A DNA stretch of 63,694 nucleotides, counting the filler. It is 3 parts of 3 records of this genome, joined end to end, with 100 filler letters (N's around TTAATTAATTAA, not from the genome) between each part and the next. Parts side by side here need not be neighbours in the genome. Positions count along the whole stretch, not along the records: positions 1 to 23,211 come from DRR378314_96; positions 23,312 to 34,348 come from DRR378314_101; 1 more part is not named here. The stretch is one strand, 5' to 3'. A program made the position numbers and the translations under genes. Position 1 is the stretch's first letter; each line of letters begins with the position of its first letter. Shown one piece after another: positions 17,187 to 27,500 of the stretch. A model generated the notes under the pieces. That model was not told the origin of the DNA. It made no database searches and worked only from the letters and a program-made list of their open reading frames with translations.

Positions 17187-17567
17187 ATGAAATCAATTAT
17201 TCTTTATTCAGATTCTTCCACAACTACTTCGGTCCAATTTTTTGAATCGGGCCAAGTTTTAATTTGCAATGAGGAACTGGCGGGAACATATCTTCTTAGG
17301 GTGCCTAAGGAGGAAAAGCAAGATTTTTTTTATATTTTGTTTGAGGCATGGATCAATAATAAAAAAACCTACTTTCTTGGTTTTATAACTAGAAGATTTG
17401 GACTAAAGCTTCCTGAAAATCTAACAGATGATAAAATCAATGATAATATGATTCTTTGTTTAAAGAAATTGTTTTTAAACCGATTGGAAGACCCCTTTGA
17501 GGAAATTAAATCCTTTCTATTTAAAAAAGAAATTAAGTTTGGTTCAGAATATTGGACATCTCACTGA
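17187..17567 (+). CDS. Hypothetical protein
   Basis: 126-aa ATG ORF co-oriented with its neighbours. Confidence 0.55.
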   Translation: MKSIILYSDSSTTTSVQFFESGQVLICNEELAGTYLLRVPKEEKQDFFYILFEAWINNKKTYFLGFITRRFGLKLPENLTDDKINDNMILCLKKLFLNRLEDPFEEIKSFLFKKEIKFGSEYWTSH

Positions 17568-17685
17568 TTTTCGTAATCTGTTGAACTTAAGTATTTTATT
17601 AATATACTGATGCTGAATAGCTCATGTATTTTCATTTGATCAATCAAAATGGAAAGCCCTTCATTAAACCTACAACAACACAAAA

Positions 17686-18021
17686 ATGAAAAAACTATTT
17701 CTTGATGATGTAAGAACTTTATCGATGGTTTACCCAAATGACTTAGAATCTGATTGGGACATTGTTCGGAACTACCAAGATTTTGTGACCTATATTAAAA
17801 GAAATGGCCTGCCCCCTTTCATTAGTTTTGATAATGATTTAGGGCTGGACCAAGAAGGTCGTGTAGCTCCGGATGGTTATGCGGCCTCAAAATGGTTGGT
17901 ATATGAATCTGGATTGGATTTAAGGGGGTTAAGGTATCACGTGCACTCTGCAAATCCGGTGGCTGCAGAGCAAATTAGGGGATTATTTGATAATTATTTG
18001 AAATATCTGAAGGGTCAATAG
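17686..18021 (+). CDS. Cyclic-phosphate-processing receiver-like (cREC) domain protein
   Basis: LFLDDVR, ISFDNDLG, DGY..A.WLV and HSANP motifs in 111 aa. Confidence 0.8.
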   Translation: MKKLFLDDVRTLSMVYPNDLESDWDIVRNYQDFVTYIKRNGLPPFISFDNDLGLDQEGRVAPDGYAASKWLVYESGLDLRGLRYHVHSANPVAAEQIRGLFDNYLKYLKGQ

Positions 18022-18256
18022 GGAAGGCTACAATTGGGACGGAAGATAGGTTAAGCATTTGTTTTCAAGATGCTTTTTGGTCGTTTCCTATTCCCGGATT
18101 AAAGGAAGTTCATAATGTTCGCCACCTTTATCAAAGGGGCGTTGGTACCATTTTGAAATCCATTTAATATATCAAAACCCCTATTCCATACACTAAATAC
18201 TTTTTCTCCTGACAGTTCAAAATACATTTGGTTTAAATCTAAAAAAAACCAAAACC

Positions 18257-19015
18257 ATGTATTTTAAAAACATCACCACAGCAATTTTTTTCATAGCCCA
18301 AATTATATGGGCAAGTCCAAAGCCTTGTGGCTGCTCGGAAAGCAATTCGGAATCCTTTTTCACCAACGGTTGGTCTATTGTAGAGAATGGGTATTCCAAT
18401 TCATTTAAAAAGGTATTAGAGAACAATTACGGCATAAAGGTCCACAAGGATTATGAAATAACTGGCCTTAGACGTCACCATCTGGAATTTTATGACTACG
18501 GGTGGTTGTATGAGTTTACCGTTCTTGACCGAGGAACACAAAAAAAGATATATGTACTTAATGCGAATATGCAATCGGTACTGCTAACAGATGCCAAAAA
18601 GATTGCTGGGTTTCTTTTAAAAAACCAACCAGACCTTAGCACCGATAAGGGTCTCCTGGAATATTGGGCTATGCTGACCTATATGGCAGAATTGGACAAC
18701 GATCCAATACATGTACTATTCTCAAATGAAGATCTCAACTCGTCTTGTTCAACTAATAATGTAAGTGTTCCAAGAGTGATCTACAAAGATGGGCATATCG
18801 CCAGAATACAAGCCTTGGTCAATATAGAAGGGCAGGTATTCTCGGCGATTTATGATTTGGATTTTAAAATAATGAACATTGTAATGAAAGATGCTATTCC
18901 GATTATCCCCGGCAATTCCAATACGGGTTGCAGGTCTTCATATAACAAAAGCGAGGTTTCATACAGTGAATGGAATCCAAATAGGAAATCCCAGGTATTT
19001 TTACCTCAGAAATAA
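18257..19015 (+). CDS. Secreted hypothetical protein
   Basis: Signal peptide followed by PCGC. Confidence 0.65.
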   Translation: MYFKNITTAIFFIAQIIWASPKPCGCSESNSESFFTNGWSIVENGYSNSFKKVLENNYGIKVHKDYEITGLRRHHLEFYDYGWLYEFTVLDRGTQKKIYVLNANMQSVLLTDAKKIAGFLLKNQPDLSTDKGLLEYWAMLTYMAELDNDPIHVLFSNEDLNSSCSTNNVSVPRVIYKDGHIARIQALVNIEGQVFSAIYDLDFKIMNIVMKDAIPIIPGNSNTGCRSSYNKSEVSYSEWNPNRKSQVFLPQK

Positions 19016-19041
19016 AACATAAACCACTAAATACAGGCAAA

Positions 19042-19560
19042 ATGAAATCACTTATCTACATTATCGGCATCCTATTAATAACAATATCCGGGAACAAAAC
19101 AAAGAGTACTTATTTTAATTCTACGGTTTTGGTAGACGGTGTTGAGGAAACCACCTTTGGCAAGGTAACCCTGGCCACAGAGAAACCAAAAATGATACTT
19201 TTCTATAGCTCGCAAAATTGTGGTCCCTGTTTGGAGCAGATTGCAAATATGAAACCCCATCTTAGCGAATTGGATAAAAAATATCAGTTGATATTTATAG
19301 ACAGTTGGACCATTGGCAAGGCCAAAAAGCATCAAAGTAGACAATTCGCCTTTGATTTTTACAAAGAACACCTCAAGACCAATACCTCACATTTCTTATT
19401 GGATCCTGAAGACGAGCTATTGGCCTCTTTTCAAGAAAAGGAAAGTCTTAAAGGTGCCTTGCCCTTTTTCGTGGTACAGGACAAAGTAGGTTTGGAGGTC
19501 TATCAGCAACTTGGCCGAACAAATTTTAACGAGGCACCTGTTTATGCCAGTCTTTTTTAA
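19042..19560 (+). CDS. Exported thioredoxin-fold (TlpA-like) protein
   Basis: ILFYSSQNCGPC motif; cis-Pro region GALPFFVV. Confidence 0.75.
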   Translation: MKSLIYIIGILLITISGNKTKSTYFNSTVLVDGVEETTFGKVTLATEKPKMILFYSSQNCGPCLEQIANMKPHLSELDKKYQLIFIDSWTIGKAKKHQSRQFAFDFYKEHLKTNTSHFLLDPEDELLASFQEKESLKGALPFFVVQDKVGLEVYQQLGRTNFNEAPVYASLF

Positions 19561-19747
19561 AAAAAGGATCATTCGTTCACTAAGCAGGTATGGTATAGGG
19601 TATTCGGACGTATGGTATACAGTTGTCCGGTAGAAAGTGATAGTCCCGAGGTAACACGAGAAAATTAATAGGGGCCCAGGGAGGATCTGGATGATTTTTT
19701 GATGGGGATATCCTATAAATGATAAACTAGGCCAGGACATTTAAATT

Positions 19748-20605
19748 ATGGTAAATATGAAAGATATACTATTGAAGATTCCATTTCTAATACTAATGGG
19801 AACCTGTTTGCTAATAATTGGTTTTGGAGCCTATAAACAAAGCAATCTAATAGAAAGGCAACTGGCCATTTTCCAAAACAGCCATGAATCGGAATTTAGA
19901 TTTTACGAACAATGGCTCCAATTTACTTGTACCTCAAAAAAGGACTTGATTTTTTTAATGAATACCGAGAGTTTTTATCGCTTGGATAGGCCAGTTGGGA
20001 ACTATAAGGAATTAGGCAAGACGCTAGCAAAAATTTATAGTCAAAGCTTAAAAATACAACCTTATTCAATGGAGACAAGAAATTTGACCAATGAACTGCA
20101 ATTAACACTTCAGAATGGCGTGAATGCATCATATGAATTGGCCAAATTGGTCACAGGTCCGAAAACCGTAAAACCGGACGATATGATGGTAGAGAGCATT
20201 CAATACTATAATTTTTTCACCCTGCTGCCTTCCAGTGCCTTGATTCCTAAAGAGGATCGGAAAAGATCTAACGATCTAACTAAAGTACTAGAGGAAGTAA
20301 GTAATAAACTGGGCGGATTTAGGGAGGTGACCCATACTGTCAAAGAAAGTATGGCCAAAGATGTCGATAACTTCATTATGAAGCTCGAACACTCCTTTGA
20401 GAGTCCATTGAATAACATTTTGGTAAGTACACAAAAGAAAGAACTTGGCTTGCTAAGGCTAAAGGAAATAATCAAAACGAGCCCGTCTTTTGTAGGGGAT
20501 CCGGAGGGTTCCTGTGATATTGTAAAGCCTGGTGATGATTCCCAGATTGGTTTGAAATTGGAATCTGCCTATAAAAGAGCCGTCAGGCTACATGAGTTTA
20601 AATGA
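19748..20605 (+). CDS. Hypothetical protein with an N-terminal membrane anchor
   Basis: 285-aa ORF, single hydrophobic N-terminal helix. Confidence 0.65.
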   Translation: MVNMKDILLKIPFLILMGTCLLIIGFGAYKQSNLIERQLAIFQNSHESEFRFYEQWLQFTCTSKKDLIFLMNTESFYRLDRPVGNYKELGKTLAKIYSQSLKIQPYSMETRNLTNELQLTLQNGVNASYELAKLVTGPKTVKPDDMMVESIQYYNFFTLLPSSALIPKEDRKRSNDLTKVLEEVSNKLGGFREVTHTVKESMAKDVDNFIMKLEHSFESPLNNILVSTQKKELGLLRLKEIIKTSPSFVGDPEGSCDIVKPGDDSQIGLKLESAYKRAVRLHEFK

Positions 20606-20722
20606 CCAAACCATAGGCCTTCATTAGGGTTTTATGAATCAAAACCGTGCTTTCATATATTGGTTTTCTCTGTAATTGGCCTGCCTAGCTAACTTTATTT
20701 CACAATTAAAACCTAAATAATT

Positions 20723-21157
20723 ATGAAAACTAGAACATGTACAAGCTGTCAAGGAAGAGGGGTAGAAACCGATTATAATACAAGAATCGAGTCAACTAAA
20801 AATAGCTTTACCTATGGTGATAGGCCATGCGTTGTATGCTCGGGCGCCGGGGTCATATACGACTATAGCCCGGACCCGGAGGTAGCCAAAAAATCGGTTG
20901 CAAAGGCGGCTCCGGTAAAACCCAATTCCACAAAGACATCGAGCGCCAAAAAAACATCCGGGAACGATTTTAGCATGAACGATTTTTTTATGCTGCTTGG
21001 ATTTATTATTGGAGGGATTGCGGCCTATCAGTATACCGCCAATTGGATTGCAATAGGGGTAACAGCCCTAATTTCAGGTTTCATTTTAAGAATTACCTAT
21101 AAACTGATCTTTGTTATTTTAATTATCGTTGCAGCGGTATATTTCTACAACCACTAG
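20723..21157 (+). CDS. DnaJ-type CxxCxGxG zinc finger plus C-terminal TM helices
   Basis: CTSCQGRG and CVVCSGAG; three hydrophobic segments. Confidence 0.75.
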   Translation: MKTRTCTSCQGRGVETDYNTRIESTKNSFTYGDRPCVVCSGAGVIYDYSPDPEVAKKSVAKAAPVKPNSTKTSSAKKTSGNDFSMNDFFMLLGFIIGGIAAYQYTANWIAIGVTALISGFILRITYKLIFVILIIVAAVYFYNH

Positions 21158-21351
21158 CGTATTAACTTTTGTAAAAAAATTACTTCTCTTTAAATAACGG
21201 AGGATGACCTTTGGCCACTATGTTTGGCCAATTGGAAACTAAAAAAACAAGGGAATAGGATGGACCCAACACTATAAATCAATAGTGTTGGGCTTTGTTA
21301 TTTAAGAATGTTTAAGCAAACGATAGTGGCTGCAATATGCACAAGGGTAAA

Positions 21352-21381
21352 AGGGACCCTACTTTTTTTAGGAGGGACCCT
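21352..21381. promoter_or_regulatory. Candidate transcription-factor site: 9-bp direct repeat with a 12-bp spacer
   Basis: AGGGACCCT-ACTTTTTTTAGG-AGGGACCCT about 100 nt upstream of ATG21478. Confidence 0.55.
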
Positions 21382-21477
21382 TTCCTATAACAAAATGCCT
21401 GTTTCATACAGTAATAACCGCCCTTTCCTTTAAACAGACATAATATTGGATTATCAATAACATTTAAAACATTAATT

Positions 21478-21738
21478 ATGAAAAAATCAATGGTATTTAT
21501 GGCCCTGGTGGCCACAATGGTATTTACAAGTTGTACACCTGATACGGTAAGGGATTCAGCAGAGACTTTTAATAGTTTGGAGTGTCTAAACAAGTTGCTC
21601 AAGTTAAGTGAAAACGAAGATGATTTAAGCTGTTCGGAATTGGTGTCGGCATTACAGGGTCTTAAGAAATCCTGTGGTGATGAAGATGGGGATATACAAG
21701 AGGCCATAGATGTAATTATAGCCAGTTGTGAAGATTAA
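21478..21738 (+). CDS. Small Cys-rich lipoprotein
   Basis: Lipobox FTSC plus four further Cys. Confidence 0.75.
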   Translation: MKKSMVFMALVATMVFTSCTPDTVRDSAETFNSLECLNKLLKLSENEDDLSCSELVSALQGLKKSCGDEDGDIQEAIDVIIASCED

Positions 21739-21769
21739 ATCAATTCGTAATAATTAAAGGAAGAGAACA

Positions 21770-22444
21770 ATGAAAACGAATTTTTTAAGGCTAGTTGCCG
21801 TCACTGCAATTCTTGCTTTTGTTAGTTGCTCCAAGGAAGACGATTTGGGGAATATGGGTTTCGATGGATCTTTAAGCTCTATTGAAGATTTTTATACACC
21901 AGAATTGGTAAGGGCTTTGGATTCTTTGGGGTTCCAAATGAACCTAGGCAATAAGCCGCCAAAAATAGAAGGGACATATCATGTAAAGCCTATGCTCCTT
22001 AAGTCCAGCACAGTGCCAGGCGATGTTGTAGGCTCCCAATTTAATAACTACGAGCTTACGTTTTCCAATCAGGATAATGGAAAATTGACCATTGATTATT
22101 TTGGGGATCAAGGCGTAGAAATAGATGAAGGCTATGGTTCATTTATATCAGGGGAGAACGATAAATTTTCGGTTTTCCTAATAACAACCTCGGACATTGG
22201 CTCCTTTACGGCCGATTCTGCTATCTCCCTATCGGGAAGAATAGTGGAGGGCGGAATTGAAAATGTCCAAATGGCATTTGTAATGCTGGATAATAAGGGA
22301 AATGAAGGAGGGGTGTTTATAGGGAACAATACGGGAAGGATTGTTTACGATTCCGATTACTTTTCTGAAAAGGTTGAAAATTCAGGGGAATTAGATTCAA
22401 TAGTAAGCCACGGGGCATCTATGATGCAGATTACAGTACAATAA
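21770..22444 (+). CDS. Surface lipoprotein
   Basis: Lipobox FVSC followed by the SKEDD acidic export-signal-like stretch; beta-rich body. Confidence 0.8.
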   Translation: MKTNFLRLVAVTAILAFVSCSKEDDLGNMGFDGSLSSIEDFYTPELVRALDSLGFQMNLGNKPPKIEGTYHVKPMLLKSSTVPGDVVGSQFNNYELTFSNQDNGKLTIDYFGDQGVEIDEGYGSFISGENDKFSVFLITTSDIGSFTADSAISLSGRIVEGGIENVQMAFVMLDNKGNEGGVFIGNNTGRIVYDSDYFSEKVENSGELDSIVSHGASMMQITVQ

Positions 22445-22469
22445 CAAATAACAATTTAAAAAAAATAAG

Positions 22470-23024
22470 ATGAAAGCTTTAAACAAAAAAACAACCACAA
22501 TGAGAAAATCAATTATATATATCGCCATCGCTTTATTGGCTGGTCCAATGGTCATGGCCCAAGAATTTAATGTTGGCACCAATGTTGTAAATGGGGGTAT
22601 TGGTTTTGGAGGGAGATATGGAAACTACACAACCTCATCACAAAGCCCAGGGTTCAGTATCAGTTATGAAAGAGGTATTTGGGATGTCCCAGGGCCTGGA
22701 GTCGTGAGTTTAGGAGGCTATGTAGGTACTAAAACCTATAAGTACAATTATTTGGGGGGGAATGACAAATGGTCCTACACCATTATTGGGGTTCGAGGGG
22801 CTTATCACTATACGGGCTTGAATGTAGACAATCTTGATGTCTATGGCGGCCTTATGGCTACGTATAATTTTCTGTCCTATAGTGGCGCGGGGAGTTATGG
22901 TGGAGGTTTAAGTGCAACGGCCTTCGCCGGAGGGCGGTGGTATTTTTCCAAAAACCTTGCGGTCTTTGCTGAGCTAGGTTATGGAGTTGCCTATTTAACC
23001 GTGGGGGCCTCGATTAGAATATAG
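22470..23024 (+). CDS. Outer-membrane beta-barrel protein (8-stranded type)
   Basis: Signal peptide; alternating aromatic/Gly strands; C-terminal FAELGYG...VGASIRI. Confidence 0.8.
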   Translation: MKALNKKTTTMRKSIIYIAIALLAGPMVMAQEFNVGTNVVNGGIGFGGRYGNYTTSSQSPGFSISYERGIWDVPGPGVVSLGGYVGTKTYKYNYLGGNDKWSYTIIGVRGAYHYTGLNVDNLDVYGGLMATYNFLSYSGAGSYGGGLSATAFAGGRWYFSKNLAVFAELGYGVAYLTVGASIRI

Positions 23025-23085
23025 TTGTTCAAAAAAAAGGAATTGCCCTTATAGTCTTTTACAAATAATTATGCAGTCGTATTTT

Positions 23086-23122
23086 AAAGAGGTCGTCTAA
23101 AAACTATTTAGACGACCTCTTT
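23086..23122. terminator. Strong stem-loop (terminator)
   Basis: AAAGAGGTCGTCTAAA-loop-TTTAGACGACCTCTTT. Confidence 0.75.
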
Positions 23123-23211
23123 CATTTCCTGGAATGAAGCTGGGCTTGCTATAGCTTTCAATAGGAAATGAAAAAAATGATGGATCAAGAACAATTGTTG
23201 TGTTTATGCAA

Positions 23212-23311
23212 NNNNNNNNNNNNNNNNNNNNNNNNNNNNNNNNNNNNNNNNNNNNTTAATTAATTAANNNNNNNNNNNNNNNNNNNNNNNNNNNNNNNNN
23301 NNNNNNNNNNN
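23212..23311. other. Artificial contig linker
   Basis: 44 N + TTAATTAATTAA (stops in six frames) + 44 N; GC content and gene style change across it. Confidence 0.97.
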
Positions 23312-23312
23312 T

Positions 23313-24500
23313 GTCGGGGCACGTTTGGTGATTGCCCAACCAGGCGACCATCGGGATCCTGAGCGCATTATCGAGCTGATCCAGCGGCAAGGCGTTACCA
23401 CGCTCAACTTTGTGCCCTCAATGCTCAAGGCTTTCCTGGCTTATCCTGATGTCAAGGCCAAAACACGGCTCAAGCATATTATGTGCGGTGGTGAGGCCGT
23501 TCCAGCGACGCTGCAGCAAGATGTAGCTGAGTGTCTTGATGGTGCCCACTTACATGATCTCTATGGCCCCACCGAAACCACTATTCACGTCACGCACTGG
23601 TGGTGCCGTGATGAAACCCATCGACAAATACCCATTGGGCGGCCTATCAGCGGTACTCGTACCTACGTTTTGGATGGTGGACTCAACCTGGTTCCACCGG
23701 GCGTGGCGGGAGAGCTGTACCTGGGGGGAGTAAGCCTGGCTCGTGGATATCTCAATCGCAGTGATCTAACGGCGGAGCGTTTTGTAGCGGATCCGTTCAC
23801 AGAGGGCGAACGCCTCTATCGCACTGGTGACCTAGTGCGTTGGCGTGATGATGGTCAGCTCGAATACCTGGGCCGCCTTGATCATCAAGTAAAAATCCGT
23901 GGCTTGCGGATCGAGCTAGGTGAGATCGAAGCCGAGCTATTAGCTCAGCCGGAAGTTCGCGAAGCGGTGGTGGTCGCCCAAGAAGGCCCCGGTGGTTCTA
24001 GGTTAGTCGCTTATGTAGTTCCCCAAGCCGACAGTGAACTCGACACCAGCTCACTACGTGAAGCGCTGGGTCAAAAGCTACCGGATTATATGGTGCCGGG
24101 CGTCGTGGTCACGCTCGAGGCACTGCCGCTGAATGCTAATGGCAAGGTGGATCGCAAGGCCCTGCCCGAGCCGGAGTTAGCCAGTGGCTCGCAGTATGAA
24201 CCGCCTCAAGATGAGGTGGAAGAAGCGCTAGCGGCGATCTGGTCCGAAGTGTTGGGGGGGGAACAGTTGGGCCGTCATGACAACTTCTTTGAGGTAGGAG
24301 GCCACTCGCTTACAGCAATTCAGATATCGGCACGTTTCACGCAGCGCTTTGGTGAGGCGTTGCCAGTACGGCTGATATTCGAATATCCGACGCTGGCGGA
24401 AATGGCAACACAAGTCGCGTTAAAACAGGTGAATGCCGATGGTGGTCGCGCGAAGCGGCTCTCCACTATGGATCAACTGCTCAACGAATTGGAAGGGTGA
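23313..24500 (+). CDS. NRPS, 5'-truncated: C-terminal half of an A domain, T domain and a COM-like tail
   Basis: [40 protein letters not shown]; ends [10 protein letters not shown]. Confidence 0.95.
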   Translation, partial: VGARLVIAQPGDHRDPERIIELIQRQGVTTLNFVPSMLKAFLAYPDVKAKTRLKHIMCGGEAVPATLQQDVAECLDGAHLHDLYGPTETTIHVTHWWCRDETHRQIPIGRPISGTRTYVLDGGLNLVPPGVAGELYLGGVSLARGYLNRSDLTAERFVADPFTEGERLYRTGDLVRWRDDGQLEYLGRLDHQVKIRGLRIELGEIEAELLAQPEVREAVVVAQEGPGGSRLVAYVVPQADSELDTSSLREALGQKLPDYMVPGVVVTLEALPLNANGKVDRKALPEPELASGSQYEPPQDEVEEALAAIWSEVLGGEQLGRHDNFFEVGGHSLTAIQISARFTQRFGEALPVRLIFEYPTLAEMATQVALKQVNADGGRAKRLSTMDQLLNELEG

Positions 24501-24503
24501 AAC

Positions 24504-27500
24504 ATGGAATTGGACGAAAGAAAGATTGCTCAACGTTTTGCAGAACTAAAGCTCGATGCGCAGCGAAGTTTTCTGAATAAGCTGAGAAGTAGTGGCATCG
24601 ATTTTCGTGAGCTTCCTATCGTGCCGGCTACCTGCGCTGAGCAATTTCCGTTGTCATATTCGCAGCGTAGCTTATGGCTGACATGGCAACTTGACCCGGC
24701 AAGCCCTGCTTACAACATGCCCGGTGTGCTTCATTTGCAAGGCCCACTGGATGTTGCTGCATTCGAGTCGAGTGTGAATGACCTTGTGACGCGTCATGAA
24801 GTACTCCGCACAATATATCCTCAGAGCGAGAATGGAGAACCTCTGCAGGAGGTTCTCAGTGACTGGCGTGTTCCGGTATTACACGATGATTTACAGTACC
24901 ACGCCGAGTTAGGGCAGGAAAAAGAGCTACAGCGCCTTAGTGGCGAGTTCTCTCAGCGCCCGTTTGCGCTTGATGCTGAACCGCCATTCAGAATGGCAAT
25001 TTACCAGCTGAATACTAACCATCATGCGGTTGCCATTGTATTGCACCATATCGCTTGTGACGGTTGGTCGATTCAGTTGCTCATCGATGAGCTGTTCGAG
25101 CTTTACGAAGCCCGAATCCAACAACGTAATGCAGCACTACCATCGTTACCCATTCAGTTTGGTGACTATGCGATATGGCAGCGGAGTTGGTTTGAGGCTG
25201 GCGAAATGGAGCGGCAGCTAGACCACTGGCGCCAACGCTTGGGGGACTCGCACGCGCCTATCGATCTTCCTTTTGATCGCCCAAGGGGTTCTTTGGAAAC
25301 ATCGAAAGCCGGTCAGTGTCATGTTCAATTATCTCGTGAGGTGAGCCTGGGTATTCATCAGCTAGCCCGTGAGCATGGCGCTTCACTGTATATGGTGATG
25401 CTGTCACTGTTAAAGCTGACGCTACATCGCTTCAGTGGACAAAGTGACATAAGGGTAGGTTCTCCCAGTGCGAATCGAAACAGAGCTGAAACTCATGGTT
25501 TGATTGGTTATCTGCTCAATGTTCAAGTGCTGAGAACCTTATTAGATCCTACCAAGGGGTTTACCAGTTTATTAGGCGCCGTTAAAGAAACCGTGCTTGA
25601 TGCACAGGACTACCAGGATATTCCCTTCGATACTTTGGTAGAGGCGCTGCAGCCTGAGCGCCAGCCTAGCGTACATCCGTTATTTCAGGTCAAGTGTACT
25701 CAACAGAACGAGTTGGAAAGAGAAAAGAGCGTAGGTGACTTAAAGGTACATCTTGAAGAACTCAGCGGTGGTGATGCTCACTTCGATCTAAGCTTTGATT
25801 TTACCGATACTCCTGATGGAATTCGCTGTGTCTTCGCCTATGCGACGGCACTTTTTGACGCACAGACAATCAAGAGACTCGCCGGAGCACTACAAAGCCT
25901 GGCTGAGCAAGTGCTTAAAGAACCAAATGCACCGTTGGCATCGCTCGAAATCCCAGCCCCGACTTCGGCGCTTGCAGGCAAGTCAACCACATTTTCTTGC
26001 GGCAGCGTCACAAAGCTCTGGGATCAAGCCGTCGAAGAACATTCCCAACAACTTGCGATGCAAGATGAGCCGGATCATGGCATCACTTATGCCAGCCTGA
26101 ATGCTCGAGCCCAGCGTCTGGCACAAGCACTAATCGCAGAAGGCGTAGGCCCCGAGGTGCGTGTTGCCATTCACGCCGATCGTTCATGCGAGTACGTGCT
26201 GGGTATCCTCGCCGTACTCAAAGCGGGCGGGGCGTTTGTGCCGCTTGATCCACAACTGCCAGCGGAGCGCTTGGCCTATCAACTGGCTGACAGTGGCGCT
26301 CGTTTAATGTTGAGCAGTACGGCGTGCGACTGGAGCGGTGACGTTCAGGTAATGGCGCTGGCGTTTGCTAATGATATGCCGGCTGCAACTGAGCACGAAC
26401 TACCCGTCATCCATCCTCAGCAGACCGCCTATGTGATCTATACCTCTGGCTCTACGGGCAAGCCCAAGGGGGTGGCGGTAAGTCACGGTGCTCTGGCCAA
26501 TTACGTGCAGGGTGTTCTGGAGGCGCTGGCGCTACCAAAAGGTGCCCGCAACATGGCGATGGTGTCGACGGTGGCGGCAGATCTGGGCCATACCGTGCTG
26601 TTTGGTGCCTTGTGCACCGGGCGTACCTTGCATCTTATTTCCCCCGAGTGCGCCTTCGACCCGGATGCCTTTGCGGCTTATATGCGCGAACAGCAGGTGG
26701 ATGTGCTCAAAATTGTGCCTAGCCACCTGCGGGCGCTGCTGAGTGCGGCAACTCCGGCTGACGTGCTTCCGTACGAGCGCCTGATTCTGGGCGGCGAAGC
26801 GACCGACTGGGCGCTACTGGAACGTCTCACCGAACTCAAGCCAACCTGCCAGGTGCTTAATCACTACGGTCCTACGGAAACCACGGTAGGTATTCTCACC
26901 CAGCAAGCCGATATGGCCGATCAAGCTGCCAGCGGCGTGCCGATCGGCGCGCCGCTGGCCAATGCTCAGGCCTATGTACTCGATCCCTGGCTTAATCCGG
27001 TGCCGCAAGGCGTTGCTGGGGAGCTCTACTTGGGTGGCCCCGGGCTGGCTCACGGCTATCTACAGCGTCAGGGGCAAACGGCGGAACGTTTCGTCGCCAG
27101 CCCCTTCCATGCAGGCGAACGGCTCTATCGCAGCGGTGACCGGGTGCGCCAACTGGCCGATGGTAGCCTGGAGTGCCTTGGCCGTGCGGATGATCAGGTC
27201 AAGATTCGCGGTTATCGGGTGGAACCGAGCGAGATTGCTGCCCTGTTGCGCGATCAGCCTGATATTGCAGAAGCTGAAGTAATTGCACGGGAAAACGAAG
27301 AAGGCCGCGCACAACTGTACGCCTATGTGGTGATAGCCGCCGGGAGCGGCGTCGATGACGCCGCATTACTCGCGCGGCTTGGCGAGCGCGTGCCGGACTA
27401 TATGGTACCCAGCGCCATGGTGCGGTTGGATGCCTTACCGCTAACCGCCAATGGCAAGCTGGATCGCAAGGCGCTGCCCGAGCCGGTGCAAACCGGTAGT

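Noticed and set aside
19561-19747. Relatively G-rich intergenic stretch with a GTATGGTATA repeat, possibly a gene fragment
   Set aside because: Too short and no recognisable motif; cannot be supported without a search
23256-23267. TTAATTAATTAA palindrome, repeated at 34393-34404
   Set aside because: Synthetic six-frame-stop linker inside N runs; not biological
22470-24500. Apparent adjacency of the island envelope genes to the NRPS, and of the NRPS to the glycosyltransferase/ABC genes
   Set aside because: Separated by contig linkers and derived from different taxa
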